Below are positions 13,378 to 27,452 of a stretch of 64,000 nt of DNA, in pieces. A program made the position numbers and the translations under genes. The notes beneath the pieces are model-generated. The model worked only from the letters and a program-made list of their open reading frames with translations. It did no database searches and was not told where the DNA came from. Source of the stretch: Stylophora pistillata (Eukaryota); assembly GCF_002571385.2 (NCBI RefSeq), contig NW_019218275.1, positions 140,813 through 204,812 on the forward strand, given 5' to 3'. Each line of letters opens with the position of its first letter. The stretch's first letter is position 1.

Positions 13378-16300
13378 GTGGGCTATGTGATTTTGGTGTG
13401 TTTTCTAAAGAAGAGAAAAAAAACAAAGCAAGATTGTAATGCAAAAAGACAAGATAATTGGCCAGGGAGATCAATCGCATATGTTTGGCCTTGAAACAAG
13501 TACAGAGGTCTTACCGGATTTCGTCACAGTTCTGGTTTTCGGGTTTCGGTTACCTCATTCAAATTATGAAAGCGTTTCGGTTGTATTTTAGGATTTTCAC
13601 AGAACCACGCGGGCGATCGGTTTAAGAATGGTTGTTGAGTACTCGTGATGTGTTTTAAAAGAACACGATTCAATTGAATTTCGAATTGTTTTTTTTTTTG
13701 CTGACTCATGTAACATATTAGGTAATGTGTTCATCCAGACCAGCTACCGAAGTAAATCATCTCAGAGTGTGAGCTCTGAAGAATTCTTTTTTCTACTGAT
13801 GTGAGAAGAGTGCATGGCAGAACCTGTCAAGAAAAAATTTCTTGCTCCGAAAATGAAGCAAAGAGTAAGGCTAATTTGAGTTACCTTTGTAAAGCCAATA
13901 TAATTTGGTATTCTTCCCAAATTTCATGGTTTTTCTGTGCTCCACAAATCCATGCACATTTAAGTTTTTTTTAAACCGCACATACAAAATTTTTAGGTAC
14001 TGTAACTGATGCAATAAAATTTGAAAGCTGTTTATGTTCAAACTGACCTTAAGACTCTCCACTGTGTTCACTGTCTGAAAATTTATTTATATCAGCTATA
14101 TGAATCTTAAAAGCTTTTACTTAAGCTTTGTAAACAAGTCTAGTTACTCGCTAGATTTTCGTTGCTCATATCCTCGATCTTAGACAAGCACGAGCAAACG
14201 ACAAGCACGACAAGCACGAGCATATCGATTCTTATCTTAATGCCAAACTCTGCATGTTCATTTTTTCTTTTCTTACGTTATTGGACTATAACATATTTTG
14301 CCTAAGCGAAAAATCGGATTTTCCTGAGAGTAACCTCAATGACACAGGGAACAAAAATGTAATTCAACGATGGTGCTACTTCGGCTTATTTGCGAAATTC
14401 TTTGGCGAAATCAAAGAAGTAAGGTACACCCTTAATAGAAGCTTTCCTTTTTCAAATTTCCATTTATCCGCACCAATAATAGTGGTATGAATTTCTGAAC
14501 ATACGATGAAAAATGACATGAATCACTCAAGCTTGACTTGGCAGTCTGCTCTAGAAGCTGTTAGTTTTTCATTTGGAGAGCAGAAATCTAAACCTGTTTC
14601 TATCATACCCTGCGCATCTTTGTTTCTTCATTTTCAGTGGAAAGTGCAAAAGCCTTAAACATATATCGAATATTGATAACATTATGACGCGTAATTCTGC
14701 TGTGACGGCAAGAAAAAAAAGCTCTTTTCTTACCTTCTTGACACTTAACTGTCAGTGACATACTGCCGGTATAACTTGGGAAAATTGCAACAGTGTAAAA
14801 TCAACCCGCTCAAGGAAGATCCTTTGAAATCATTGCACAGTTGTGTATACAGCGAGCCTTTGTCTATCATCTTATGTTACTTATGCATTTGTCGTTCTTA
14901 TAAATCCTCTTTCGCTCCCAAAACTACGTCATTTGCTGACATAAGAACCTCATGATAGGGCAAGCGCCTTAAGCAATCGTTTTAACACCTGCTCAGAGTC
15001 TTCTTCGTTTTCCTAGGTCAAGTTAAATTTTTTTTTTGGACAAAGGAAACATAAGTTCCCGTTTCCATAAATAGCGTTCACCCAAAACAATTTTAATGTT
15101 GCTTTCTACAATAATAGTGTGTGGCCGCATTTACATTAGCTGCATATGATATCATTATTTACCGTAAAAGCTCTGCTGAGTGTCCGTGGGGGAGCTTATT
15201 GTTGTATCTCTTTAAAAGACATTTTTAGGGCCTTTCAAATCGTTAGCTAGATTGGAAAATTATCCAATACGCGATTGGCTGTTTATTTTCACTTATTTGA
15301 AAAATTATCATCTAAAATGTTTACTATCCGCGCACCATGAACTGTCTACTTGAGTTAAAAAAAAATAGTTCTGATTCATCAAAAGACAGTTCGAATTCTT
15401 TTCTCGAGCATGAAAAAAATAGTGATGGACATGTAATCCGAAAAATAATTCCGCATAAAGTTTATTTCACAACGTGGAGTAGTTTTATTTAAGATTTAGG
15501 GGGAAAACAACTTGTTATAGTTGACAAATATCGAAGACAGTTAGCTCCACTGTGATATTAATCCCATGAAAATAATTTAAAACGTACAAATGTTGTTGAA
15601 TTTGCTGATAAATGAAAAACAAAATCTAGCAATTTCGGAGTCATCAGCAAACTGAAATCTGACAAAACAATCACTGATTATTGATAGCGTTCTTTTTAAT
15701 AATGTTACAAAAAAACTCTATAAAAGACAAAAACGCAGCATTAACGTTTCATTTCTGAAAAAAACCTAATTCAAGCGTAAAAAAAAATTCTCTTTGTCAT
15801 TATGTAATAATTTGGTTGATCGTTACCTCATTCACTTCATTTACAAATGCAAATATATTTCTGAAAGAGAGAAAAAATATCAAGTTCATGGAAGATTGGA
15901 GGAAGATATAGACGACTTTTGACTTATTACGGTTCACCTTTTAACCTGATAAATGGAATAGACTTGCTAAAAATTTAGTTAGTTGAAAGAAATTTCTAAT
16001 AACTGCTCCCAATACTTCCTGTGGAATACTTGAAAGGGATCATAAACTTATAATCTGGGATGTTGATATCTGTAATAACACATGTCAGGCTAACTTGTCT
16101 GTCCGTACCCATGCATTAACAGAAGGCTGGAGCCAAATCAATGTTCTTAAACGTATGGAAAAATATTGTGTTGACTTTTTTCTGCTTTCGCCTTTTACCA
16201 TGAAGATTGCATTCGATTTTATGCTTAATATCGAGATTTAAACCAGCTATGTCACTGTCTTGCATTTTGAACAATTTTGAAACCTCACTTTTTCAGGTTT

Positions 16301-17473
16301 GAACGCAATTGTAATCAATCGGTGTCAACTTTATCCATCCTAAGCCAGTTTTTTATCTATCTTGGTTTAAACTATCTATTGACTGATTTATTTCTATGTT
16401 AATACGCTCAACTAATCTCCCTTGCAACGAAAAGAACATTGCTCCCGACAAAAAAAACCGACTTTAATTCAGTATCATAGACAAACGGCTACGTTTGAAG
16501 CGAGCACCATAGCTTACCGTGTCGCAGTTGTACAGGATTAAAGCAAATCGACGAAAATCCCTTTTAAAGGACGTGACAAATGTTCTTTATGTTTACTCAA
16601 TCTAATCAAACACGACTCAGTTTGCTGCAATGTAACGTAAGTTGTCGATGACAACACAAAGATTAGCCCAATGGTTTATGGACTTAAGGCCTATGGAAGG
16701 AATCTGCTCCGCCGTTATGTTTTACTAAACCTCTAAGAGCAAACGCGATTTGCGCTTCAAAAGCCCTATCAAATATGAGAACCTACAAACCTCAGGAAGT
16801 GGTTTTTAAAATTAGGTCGAGTAAATAGGTATTTGGTAAAGATGAGTCAGGTATCCCAGGATTTGAATGTGAAATTGAAGTAAAAACCTTAGCACAATAT
16901 GATTTTTTGGGGTGATTTTTCATACGACAAAATACCGGCTGAAAAAGGTAAGAAAATCCGTCCATCGTTCACTCACAGCAAACGCAAGCCCTAATACTGT
17001 CTGTGAACAAAACTGCTCAAGTAAGGTGGAACCATCTAAGTCTGTGATTATTCTTAAACCCTGTCAATTGATCGAGGACGTCCGTTTCATGATTTAAGCC
17101 TCCTTAATTTTTTCTTGTATCTCTGTGACGCACGCAAAACGATATGGCTGTGATAAGCGTCGAGTCATATAACTACGCCGAGCACATAAGTCTCATATTT
17201 TGTTGAATCTCGGTTTGTTAATAAAGTTGGAGAATGAAAAATACTTCGTCACATGATTGACTTATAGTAAAACTCTCACAAGTATACTAGTGCAAGTAAT
17301 ACTAGTGCAGCGCTCAGTGATAAAATAGCACAAGCAATCGATTTTGCTTCTTCCTCAGACCATTTGTAGAATGAAAAAAATGCATTACACCGATCATTTT
17401 GCTTGAGATTGAAAGTTAGATATCCTATCTGCAACACATATCTGTGGTAACATTTTTTTAATGTACACAATTT

Positions 17474-17670
17474 TACGTGTAATGCATGATCCCCACAGTA
17501 GAGAGCGCTATTTATGCAATCGCGAAAATCAGACCTGAAAAAAATANNNNNNNNNNNNNNNNNNNNNCTGATTTTTTTCAGGTCTGATTTTCGCTATTGC
17601 ATAATAGCGCTCTCTACTGCGAGGATCATGCATCACACGTATCTAATACCGCAGTTCAAAATATATTAAC
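17474..17670. mobile_element. Palindromic repeat, same family as 42889-43125; centre lost in an N gap
   Basis: Arms cagtagagagcgctatttatgcaat..gcgaaaatcagacctgaaaaaaa and their reverse complement flank an N run. Confidence 0.7.
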
Positions 17671-18408
17671 TTCATATATACATTGTATCTGTACACAATT
17701 TTGTTGAAGGTCATTTGACATTCCTTGAAATTTCTTGGAATTTAATGCCGAAAGATTGCTACAAATGCCTATTAAGTCACAATCAAGACTCTTTCTAATC
17801 GGAGCCTCTCTATTTCTCAATTGTAGGAAAAAACGTACCAGAAATGAGAAAGACAACGAAAATAATGGCTGAAATGATTAACACAGCATATGTGGTTTCA
17901 AATAGATCTAGCCCCGTGAGTTCGTACACGAATTGAAAATGTAAGGTGTAGAATTTACGAAAAAGCACTTCACTTTAGGCGAAAAATGCTAACAATTTTA
18001 TATACAAGTGTCCCTGGCAGAGCGGCTGGATTTTCCCAAAAAGAAGTCAATAAATAAGGGTTTTATTTGGTTTCTTACTCGGAGTAAATCTCAATAAAAT
18101 AATTTTTTTAGAGTTTAGCTAAGGAGATACCTGTTGTCCTGATTTCCAAAGACGCACCTGAACCGCGTCGGTAAGTTCTCCAACACTCAACTGTTTCAAT
18201 TGCCTTATAAGACTGATTGTTAAGGTCAACAAAATCTTTCCATAAATAGCGAGTGCTTTGTATCGATCAGCTTCCGCTCCAGTACAATCCCACTACCCAA
18301 CCAGAGGACACTTGCTTAAGAATAATTAGCCTAAAAAACGTGCTACTTCCCAATCGACGTGAAGGTCGCACACTTTGCTTGCCATCACGCGCATGACTGG
18401 TGTAATCG

Positions 18409-18439
18409 TGTTTGTTTTGTTTTGTTTTGTTTTGTTTTG
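18409..18439. repeat. (TTTTG)n microsatellite
   Basis: Directly visible. Confidence 0.85.
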
Positions 18440-19057
18440 TGAAAATTTTAAGCACATGAACTTTAGATTGAAAGGTTTGATTTAAATTAGACACAACCTA
18501 CGTATAATTTATACCACAAAATACGCCTCAGGCTTTAGGAAAATTAGCATTACCCACGCCTTTCTTAGTATTGCGACTTCAGTGGAAATGTAAGAAACCA
18601 ATCTCCTTCAAGCCATGCAGCTATTTATCATGTGTTCATTTACCACAATGCAAGCTATGTTCATCAACTCATGATTTCGTTGAGACCTTTATTTAGACGT
18701 GGTTTTACATCATTGTTCCTGAAATCGTGTTGACATCGTAAAGATAAAATGGAAAGACTTTCTCTTCAGTTTTCCCTTAGGAGCATTGCGAGAAAACCCT
18801 CTAAAATCGTGTGGGCCCGTTTATTTTGCGCTAAGAAATTGGGTTGGAGTTGGAGTGTTTGCAGACTTACTGACGCGATTCCGGCGCGACTCTTGGAAAT
18901 CAAGACAGCAGGCAAGTCCTTGACTAAGAAATCATGGGTCAAGGCTAACCAAATTGCACGAGCCCGTAGGGTGAGTTCAATTTGAGGTTTTGGAATTATT
19001 TACGGGGGCTGATTTATCCCAAATTTCACGAGAAAAATCATATGATCACCAGTCAAT

Positions 19058-19385
19058 AATTAGTTCTTATTAACCGAGCGGGAGGTCAGTATGATGTTGA
19101 CCGAGGTCGCCAGTACAGACCGCCGAACGCAGTGAGGTCTGTACTAGCGACCGAGGTCAAGATTCTCCCATACAGACCGACCTAGCTCGGTTATTAATAA
19201 GATGTTTATTGTATGGCTGTGTCTTATATGCCAATTTTTCATTTTCTTTATACCTTTTTTTCTAGACCGATCTAGATGCCGGTCTAGAAGGGAAAATCTA
19301 GACCGCTTTCAATATTGATTTCAGCCAATTAAATTCGTGAATTCGGTAGTTCCCAGTCCTTGTGAGACACAGCCATATAAATAAT
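19058..19385. mobile_element. Hairpin-headed non-autonomous repeat
   Basis: Nested inverted repeats (ttattaaccgagc ... gctcggttattaataa; ggtcgccagtacagacc ... ggtctgtactagcgacc). Architecture resembles the 2279/2996 element. Confidence 0.5.
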
Positions 19386-22254
19386 ATATACGCAAAATAT
19401 GACTTTGTTTTCCTCTCAGTTAGTTGTTTTTATTTCGTGTCAAGGCTCACTGGTTCAGCCACTTGCTGACTTGCCTTCTTACCGAAGAAGTCGGGCTATT
19501 CGCTAAAAAAATGCTTCAAACTCGAAACTTTCTATTACGAATAATGTTAGGTATCAGAAGACAGCAGTAACCATTACACAAAAGTTATCGCGCTTGTAAT
19601 CTTCCCCGTCTTTCGTACGAACCGTTGCGTAAAACTCTGCGAGACTGTTATTCAGGGCGTTCGGTTTATACTTTCATCGCTGATTTTGGGAGTCCACGAC
19701 TTCTAGACTTTAAGCCAGTTGTTTTTCCTATGCAAGGTGTTTTTCTTTTTAGCATTCTTTATCAAACTCTAAATTAAAACGTTGGTACTTTCTCCCCACC
19801 TTTCCGCCATTTTGTTTTGTAGTGCTTTCGCGCTATTAAATCTCAACTTTCTGCGATCAGTTTCAACTAATTGTATTCAGTTTCAACTTGCAGCATTGTT
19901 TGGTATTAATTGACGTGTTCTCGGCCAATGAGCATGCTAAAATTTTTGCACGTATATCATCAGTGCTGAAATGAAACGCCAACGGCATTTTGCTGATTGT
20001 TCCTAATTTTCTAGCCCCTACAGCACTTGGAAAATGTATTACCATTAGCAAAGTAATCTCGCTTATTATTTTTTCAGCCATCGTAGAAGGAGTATTCAAC
20101 AAAAAGTAACGACTACCTTGCAACGCAAACGACTGGGTTAGTAAGCCTCTGAGACGATCCATGCTAACGAGAGGCATCAAGAATCTTCTTTATTCCATTT
20201 TATCTTTACTGTACCTTCTACCAACTAATATGTCTCTCTTTCGCTCTTTAGTGCATGCCATTCTTAAGAACGTCATTGGTGAGCTTGTTTGGGTTATGGA
20301 CCGACTGTGTTTGGAATATGGAAACCTTTAATCAAAGCAGTAACCCAAACACTTTCATTAGACTCGTAGAAATCAGCGTACACAATATTCTCCAAATAAA
20401 TCTTCGAATACTAAAACCAAAACAAAAACCTTTTGTTTTGATCTTGCAGGCTCTTGAATCATAAGTCTTTGAGTCTCATGATTCAATAGCCTACAAGGAA
20501 CACAGATTCTTCAGTTAAGGTTTAAATCCTAAGACCTGAACTCTTAGTGCGCTGTTTGCTTTATTTCCGACGTGCAGATTCATCGAGTTTACGCCTGCTT
20601 TGTGCCAACTAACGGACTCGTTTACACGTTCTTCAGTTGAGCAGAACCATTTGGGTCATCACGTCCTTCAGTTAAATTAAACCATCTGCGTCATCATGTC
20701 TCTTTCCTTCCTCATGTCCCTTCCTTCATGTCCATCTCTCTTCCTTTTGAAAAGAACTCTCCTCGCGTTAAATTACTACTTCCCCCCGAGAAGACTCTCG
20801 ACGATCAAATAACGAATGTATAGACACTTTCTTAGTCTACCTTTAGGATATTTACAATCTAATTTTAGAGCGAAACAAGTTGAATTTAGTGCCTGATCTG
20901 ATCAGCTGAGTGAGCTCATTTTGTTAAAAAGAAACAATTTATGCTGTAACGACATTCGAAGCTGGTCATCAACGGTTGTAAACGTAAGCATCAAGATAAA
21001 TCATCGAGAGAGCGAATCAAGGTATCCAACTACTCAGGAACACAAATTGTAAGTGACGAAACCGTTTGTCGATTCGACTAAGAAAGTAATAATAATGTAA
21101 ATAATAATGTAAATAATAATGTATCTCGAAATTATTTCATTTTCACTTGACTACGACGGATGTAACGAGCCGTGCTCACTCTAGTACAAAAAAACCTGAC
21201 AAAATTGATCCCTGGTGGGCTAATCTTCAAAATGAGTAGCGCCTTCAACCATAGGAGCGAATCAAGGTGTTAACTAGTCAATATCATGATAAAACAGTTA
21301 AATTCGGGATGTGATTTACCAAAAATACACAAAAACTGCCCATTCTCCTTGCGATTCTACTGTAACCAAGGAACGAAGTATTTTTAAATTTATTGAAGTG
21401 AACATACTGCCTAAACAGCTCTTCATTTCTTTCGTGACGCTTCATGGATTGTGGTTGCTACGCATGAAGAATGCCGGCAGGTGTTGCATTGTTTCATCAG
21501 TCTTTGTTTACAGCACTGGGTCTCCATGTTCATTGTGGGATTCTGTATGGACCGTTGAGGCGCAATTAAAGTATCAACTTATTAAGCTCCAATGTCGCCG
21601 GAATCTTGATTTTTTATTGGGTTAAACGCATTTCTTCTACATGGCTGTTTATTTGAAAATGTACAATCTATTTGAGTTTTACCATATTATTTTACTCATT
21701 ATATGAATATATATTTCAATGTCTATTCAATGAAGTGAAGCAACTATAGAAGAGGCTTAGACTTCTAAAAGTTCTCCAAAGGAAATAGAAAAATCTTAGA
21801 TTTGCTTTTTTAGTTTATTCTGCTAAAGTAATGATCAACTACAACGGGATTGATGGTTTCGTAGCAGTCTATCTGGTCTAGATAAAACTTGGAGAGAGTA
21901 CTGACATCCATAATCAGTTCTATGCGTGGACCTCAAGCTCATAAAGAGCAGTAGACAGATCTAGAAACGTCTATTGTAATGAGGGGACTGACAGTGAAAG
22001 TGTTTGAAGTCGCTACGGTCAGATTGCCAGAGTGTTTAATCAGTGGTAAAGTAAGCTTGCAATAATACTGCAGTAATACTGTCCTGACTTTTGAGATATG
22101 CAACAATACGTTCTTGTGCCCTTTAGGTACCTAGTCTCCACGCGATCTCTTTCTAATTCTAAGTTTTACTATCGACATCAAAATTCTCAACACAAATGAA
22201 AATTTTTCATTTAACCAAACAGGTGATAACAGTCAGTGACGCCTGAGAAGGCAT

Positions 22255-23085
22255 ATGTACGCTTTGGGTTTCTTGCCAATTCTAACAATGATGGCATTTG
22301 TAGACGACTTCGCAATTGCTCGAACGAAGATCAGTGAGGTGAAGCCCAACATTGACTACAGCAGATTCTGCTCTGCAAAGCCGGGTGGAAAAGCAAAGAT
22401 TGCATGCCGCTTTCAAAGTGTACCAACTGTAGCTTTTCTGGTTTGCCAGAAGCCGGTACTAGACGGAAGAAATTGTTCCACAGCTATTTACAACGAGATG
22501 AACAACCTTCAAACACTCAAGCGAGAAGGAAAGGGGAGAACAGTCGCAATATCGCAGCCTCCGATCCACGATGTCAGCTGTGGAAAAGATGCCAGTCTCA
22601 ACTGCTCGGGCTTTCTTGAAGAGTGAGTGGCCAGTGAAAAGGGAAAGTTTAAACACCTTCGAGACCACGAGATTGAAAACCAAGTATTAATGCTAATCAA
22701 GGACGTGAAAGATTTCACCCCAAAAGGTGGATTAGAAACAACTGCTTAAGATCTCGCAAATATCTAGAAATACATGATGGAGGATCCAAGTGCTGGAAAA
22801 TATCGCCAGATTTGCGATCTTCAGGGATTTTTCTTGTTGAAGGGAGGTTTCTTGATAAACGATGTGCCTAACATACTTAGCAATGCCACAATTGACGAAA
22901 AATGTGGAAACGGTGAGCCAACCACAAAACAATACCTTGACACTCTGGATGAAATGATTCGCGATTTTCGCACTGAAACAAGTGAAGGAATCAACATCTC
23001 AAGCCCTAATGTCTACAGAGAGTTTTTATTCATAGCAATTGTCATCTTTTGCAGTGGCACCTTTGCTCTAATTGACAAAATATGA
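22255..23085 (+). pseudogene. Nonsense-disabled paralogue of the 28702-29556 secreted kinase-like gene
   Basis: Colinear with the intact gene in one reading frame, with three in-frame stops (TGA 22624-26, TAA 22747-49, TAG 22765-67) and no frameshift. Retains the signal peptide, 8 Cys, YRQICDLQGFF..GGFLINDVP and a hydrophobic C-tail. Splice acceptor at 22221-22. Confidence 0.88.
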
Positions 23086-23691
23086 CTTTAGGTAAGGACA
23101 CATAAGGAACGAATAGGGGACCAAGCACACATTGTGTTAATAATGAAATTCTTGACCCGCATTGTTTCGAAAAATCATATGAAAGAATTTTTAAAAAAGG
23201 CTAATTTAGTGCATTAATTGGCGGATGAAACGTTACAACTTTTCAACTTTATTTTTCTAGTTAGAGTATCTTGTATTCGGACGCGTAAAATTCCTGCATT
23301 TCAAAGCAGTTAAGAGGTCAATTAAGATCGTAGAAAAATCTTTTTTCTTTCAGGACTTTGGATCATAAAATTTAAGAGTAATCGTACTAGCTCCTTTGTC
23401 TCCTAAATTGTGCTGCACTCTCTCCTGGTTTATCAAGACACGAATGAGATCAAAATGTTAGAATGCGTAGAGAATGCATTTCTGAGACTACTAGTAAACT
23501 AGTTTGGTGTGATAAGCATTATAGTAAAGATGTGGAGTTGAAAGGAATGATTATTTCCTGTCAAAAGGCTTTACAATTGTTTTTCATTCTCAGATTTGTT
23601 GATTAAGTTGAATTTAGTGCCGGCCTGATCTGATCAGCTGAGTGAGCTCATTTTGTTAAACAGAAATCGAGCAAAAAGAAACGGACACTGG

Positions 23692-23716
23692 TATATATAT
23701 ATATATATATATATAT
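23692..23716. repeat. (TA)n microsatellite
   Basis: Directly visible. Confidence 0.9.
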
Positions 23717-26330
23717 GTCCTTCTAGCTTTTATCGAGTTAAGAGTCCCTTTTATCGTTTAGTGTTCCACGGATTTTCTTTAACCTCACGCAAGCTATATC
23801 GTTCAGCGACCTAAGCTGAGTCTAAAGAAACGGTCATTATTTGTTCCCTGGGAGGGGGGGGGAGCGGAGGAGTTTGGGGGGAATGATATGGTTTTGAAAA
23901 AGAACAGAGCGGGGATCAGTCCTAATTGACAAGCACTAAGGGGAGGGGGGGCACAATGAAAAAAAGGAGAATATTGAAAGCGCTGGGATCAAATTATTGC
24001 CTTTTCGATGATATTGTATTTCTTAACTTCGTTTCTTGTTCAGACACAATCTGTTATATTGAAATAATCAGAAGTTGCTGCGCCTGCTAAAAAATAGTTC
24101 AAATGTCCATAACGTTTAATTCTTTAGAGCCATTGTATGTATGTATGCCCGGAGAGGCATTCCCGCAATGGGATCGTTAGATAAACGTGGTGGTACACCG
24201 TCAATATAAACAACAACAACGGCAGTAAGAAATACATACATGTATCAACAAGTGTTCAATGGGACTGCCTTGTGCCCCGAAACCTTTTGGGCAGCCTCTG
24301 GACACCTCCCTCTACCGACTCTTGAAAAACAGCCTCCAATGAATCTTGGATTTTATCCTCTGCTAACTCTTGAACAGCCTCCTCGTCCGAACTTGACTCT
24401 TCAGTGCCTTTTTTGTTTGAACTGGTTATCATACCTACATGTTACGTGCAATACTTGTATCAAAACGCCATTTTTAGCAGGCATAGCTAAGGGTAAAGAT
24501 GAACACATCTGACCAATTTCCCTGTTAACTCAGCATTGATGGTTGCGATCCTTGTTTAACTATTATTAATTTTGATTGCTTCACACACCTCTCCAGTTAG
24601 AAATGTTTATCGAGAAGTAAGTATACCCTCTGTTATAAACGATTCTCCTTTAACTTTTTCACCTTTCTTTTGTTCTATCTTTTGCTGCGCAATTGGCGAT
24701 CTTTCCCAAGGTGAGATGCCCCTCCCGGGCCCCAAGCCAAATAATAACAGTATTATTTTTTTATCCTCTCTCTTTTAAGAAAGAGAGAGTTTGTCTTCCG
24801 GAAAATTGAAACATTTTTGTTATTGGTAATAGGTTATTCAAACAGCTTCATCGATCTAGAGATCACTTTTTTACTTCCAATTCTTTCAAATGTGTACGAT
24901 TTGACAATGAAGATCACAGATTAGATTCAACCTTGAATCGTTTTGAAACCTTGTTTGAAAGGTTGCCGGCTCGTGAACATATCTGACGCGAATCGATCAT
25001 TCCAGACCTGTCACAGATCGCTTCTCTACTAGCTTCGCTTTTCCCCCCTTAAAAAGAAATGCATATGAAATGAATCTGTTGGATAAAAATAACTTATTAG
25101 ATATTTTGGTGTGTAGTATTGTTAAGTATTTTTATTCGCTGTTAGTATTTGGGCTCACCTTGGCTGGCTCCTAAAAACGCAGTATAACTCGTAAAAATAC
25201 TTGGCACCAAAACGTCTAATAAGAGATATGTCAGTGAGACGTGCACGTGTACATTTGTAACAGTATACATAAGATATGGTAAAACCTATTTATTTGCATG
25301 CGCCTCAACAGTTTTTACATGTCCGTAACGCAGAATCCAAAGCTTGTTCTTTGCTGTGCTAAACACCACCAGGTAAATGTTGTTTATGTCTCCCATGGGC
25401 ACTTTCTGTCTGCCTTTCTTTCTTTCATTTTGTTATTCAGTTTGTTTTAGGTTTCATAATCATTTGCGTTCTGAATGACATATTAGTTAAGAGCCTTTTA
25501 TTAGCGCCGAGTCTGTGAAACCGTGTGCAGCAACTGGGAGTCAACGAATAGAGTGTATACCGTAGTACTGTGTTTATTTATCTCAAACGAACGTCGAAAT
25601 CTCGAGCTCATACATTGGCTGCACGGCCACGGTCAATGAAAGTGAAAGTAAAGGTGCAAGTGAAAGCACAAGTGAAAGGTTTTCTGAAAATTACAAACAA
25701 AAGAAGGAATTAAACTCTAAATACCTGCCTGAACAACAACAAAAAACCAAATTTCACTTACCGAACCGTTCGCTTAAGCCAACGAAAGACACAATGACGC
25801 TTTTTAAAACCTCTCTTCAATGGATAAAAACTTAACAAACATTCGCAAACCCGAGCACATGGCGATTCAAGCCAATAGTCATGTGACCGGCGAAACCTCC
25901 CAAGGGAGTCGGGAGTGACATAGAGCCATTAGAACATGATACTCAGCGATAACAAACCATTATCTTAAGAGGACTGTTTTAAAAAAAGTGAGAGAGGAAT
26001 ATTTCATTTAAAAGCAAAATAAGAAATCATAGAACATTTCTCTTAATGCAGACACATCGATGCTCAAACTGCTTGAGAACGCTGTTTTGACGAGTGACAG
26101 AATCTAAATGAATGATGCATGCACGATAAGAGAAACAGCCTCCTCGTCCTTGTTGATATATAGTTTCATAAATTCGTCTGCCTTTACAATCAATGGATTC
26201 TCGAATCGATGACATTCTCAGTGAGGGTCTAAGGTATATCTGAGTAATCTTAAAATTAAAGTTGTTTTACGAGTTTTTTTTACCCTTATTTACTGGTTTA
26301 GGCGAGTCACAAGACTAAAGTCGGAACTTA

Positions 26331-27173
26331 ATGAATGACAGCGGTATCAGCAGTGTTTGTAATGACACGAGTTTCAGGCTTCCCACAGTAGAGTGCATCT
26401 CTGGGGTCGTTGTTCTGAATGCCTGGGGATTTCGTTAACATCATTACCACTATTTTACATCGTCAGAGTACATATTTGATAATCCATTTGGCGATAGTTG
26501 ACCTTTTGGTATCTGCCTTTTCAAGAACTGTTTTCAGGAATGGTTGGGACTCTCTTGTGATCTGTGAGAGCACGATCAGCTGAGTTGCCTGACACTGACA
26601 GCTGGGCTTGGTGTTCCCTTTCTTTCGCTTGTTAATCTCGTTGCCATATCGCTAGATATATTACATGCGACATTTTATCCTTTCAAGCATCGTTTTATTG
26701 ACAAATGGGTCTATGGTGATGCAATTATCTTAAACTGGTTAACAACAGGAGCCATAGTAAGTGTGAATGGCAGTTTGTATATACACGATTTCTCAAGCCG
26801 CGTCATTTTGTATTTTTCATCTTTTGCTGTTTTTCTTTTTGTAATTTGTGTCTCTTACATTTCTGTTTTTATAAAAGTTCGCTTTTGTCGCCGTCTGCAA
26901 CATTATAGCGCGACAGGCTTGAGAGACAGAGCTGACAAGCACGTCTGCATCTTTAAATTTTTGGTTCCAATCAGTTATACAACTGAGTATTTTCATTTTC
27001 CATCCCAGTTACTCAAAAACCTCTCGAGGCAATCATTTTATCGATTTGAGATAATAGTGACAATACTATGTTTTGCTAGCTCGCTTGTCAACCCTATCAT
27101 CTATGCCATACGAATGCCACAAGGTTATGCACTGAGCAAATCATCTTCCGTCGGCCAAACCCCAAACCGTTAA
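26331..27173 (+). pseudogene. Decayed intronless class A (rhodopsin-family, non-opsin) GPCR pseudogene
   Basis: Pieces in shifting frames: STYLIIHLAIVDLLVS (TM2), LVNLVAISLDILHATFYPFKHRFI (TM3/ICL2), VICVSYISVFIKVR (TM5), SSLVNPIIYAIRMP (TM7 NPxxY). Contains deletions and stops, and no TM7 lysine. Confidence 0.8.
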
Positions 27174-27227
27174 GAACTTCTTGAGTTATATAGTAATATA
27201 CAAAAGTAAGTAGAATTCCTAAAATAT

Positions 27228-27452
27228 AAACGAATAAAGGCTGATAGTTTCGAAAGAAACTGTTTGGGGGAGTAACGAAATAATTTGGATATATCAACAA
27301 AGTTGAAATGGTAAATTGGCCACCGTAACGATTACAAAAGCTGACGTTTCGAGCGTTTTTAGCCCTTCGTCGGAGGGATAACGCTCGAAACGTCAGCTTT
27401 TGTAATCGTTACGGTGGCCAATTTACTACTTCAACTTTGTTGATATATCCAA
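27228..27452 (+). mobile_element. Fold-back element with hammerhead-like arms (Penelope-like terminus), copy 1
   Basis: Long inverted repeat centred at about 27370, flanked by the 16-bp direct repeat agaattcctaaaatat (27212-27227 / 27453-27468). Confidence 0.8.

Noticed and set aside
22624-22626. TGA as selenocysteine or readthrough
   Set aside because: It aligns to Trp in the intact paralogue and is followed by in-frame TAA and TAG.
26331-27173. Possible fourth opsin
   Set aside because: No TM7 lysine (FASSLVNPIIY). The motifs match non-opsin class A receptors and the frame is broken.
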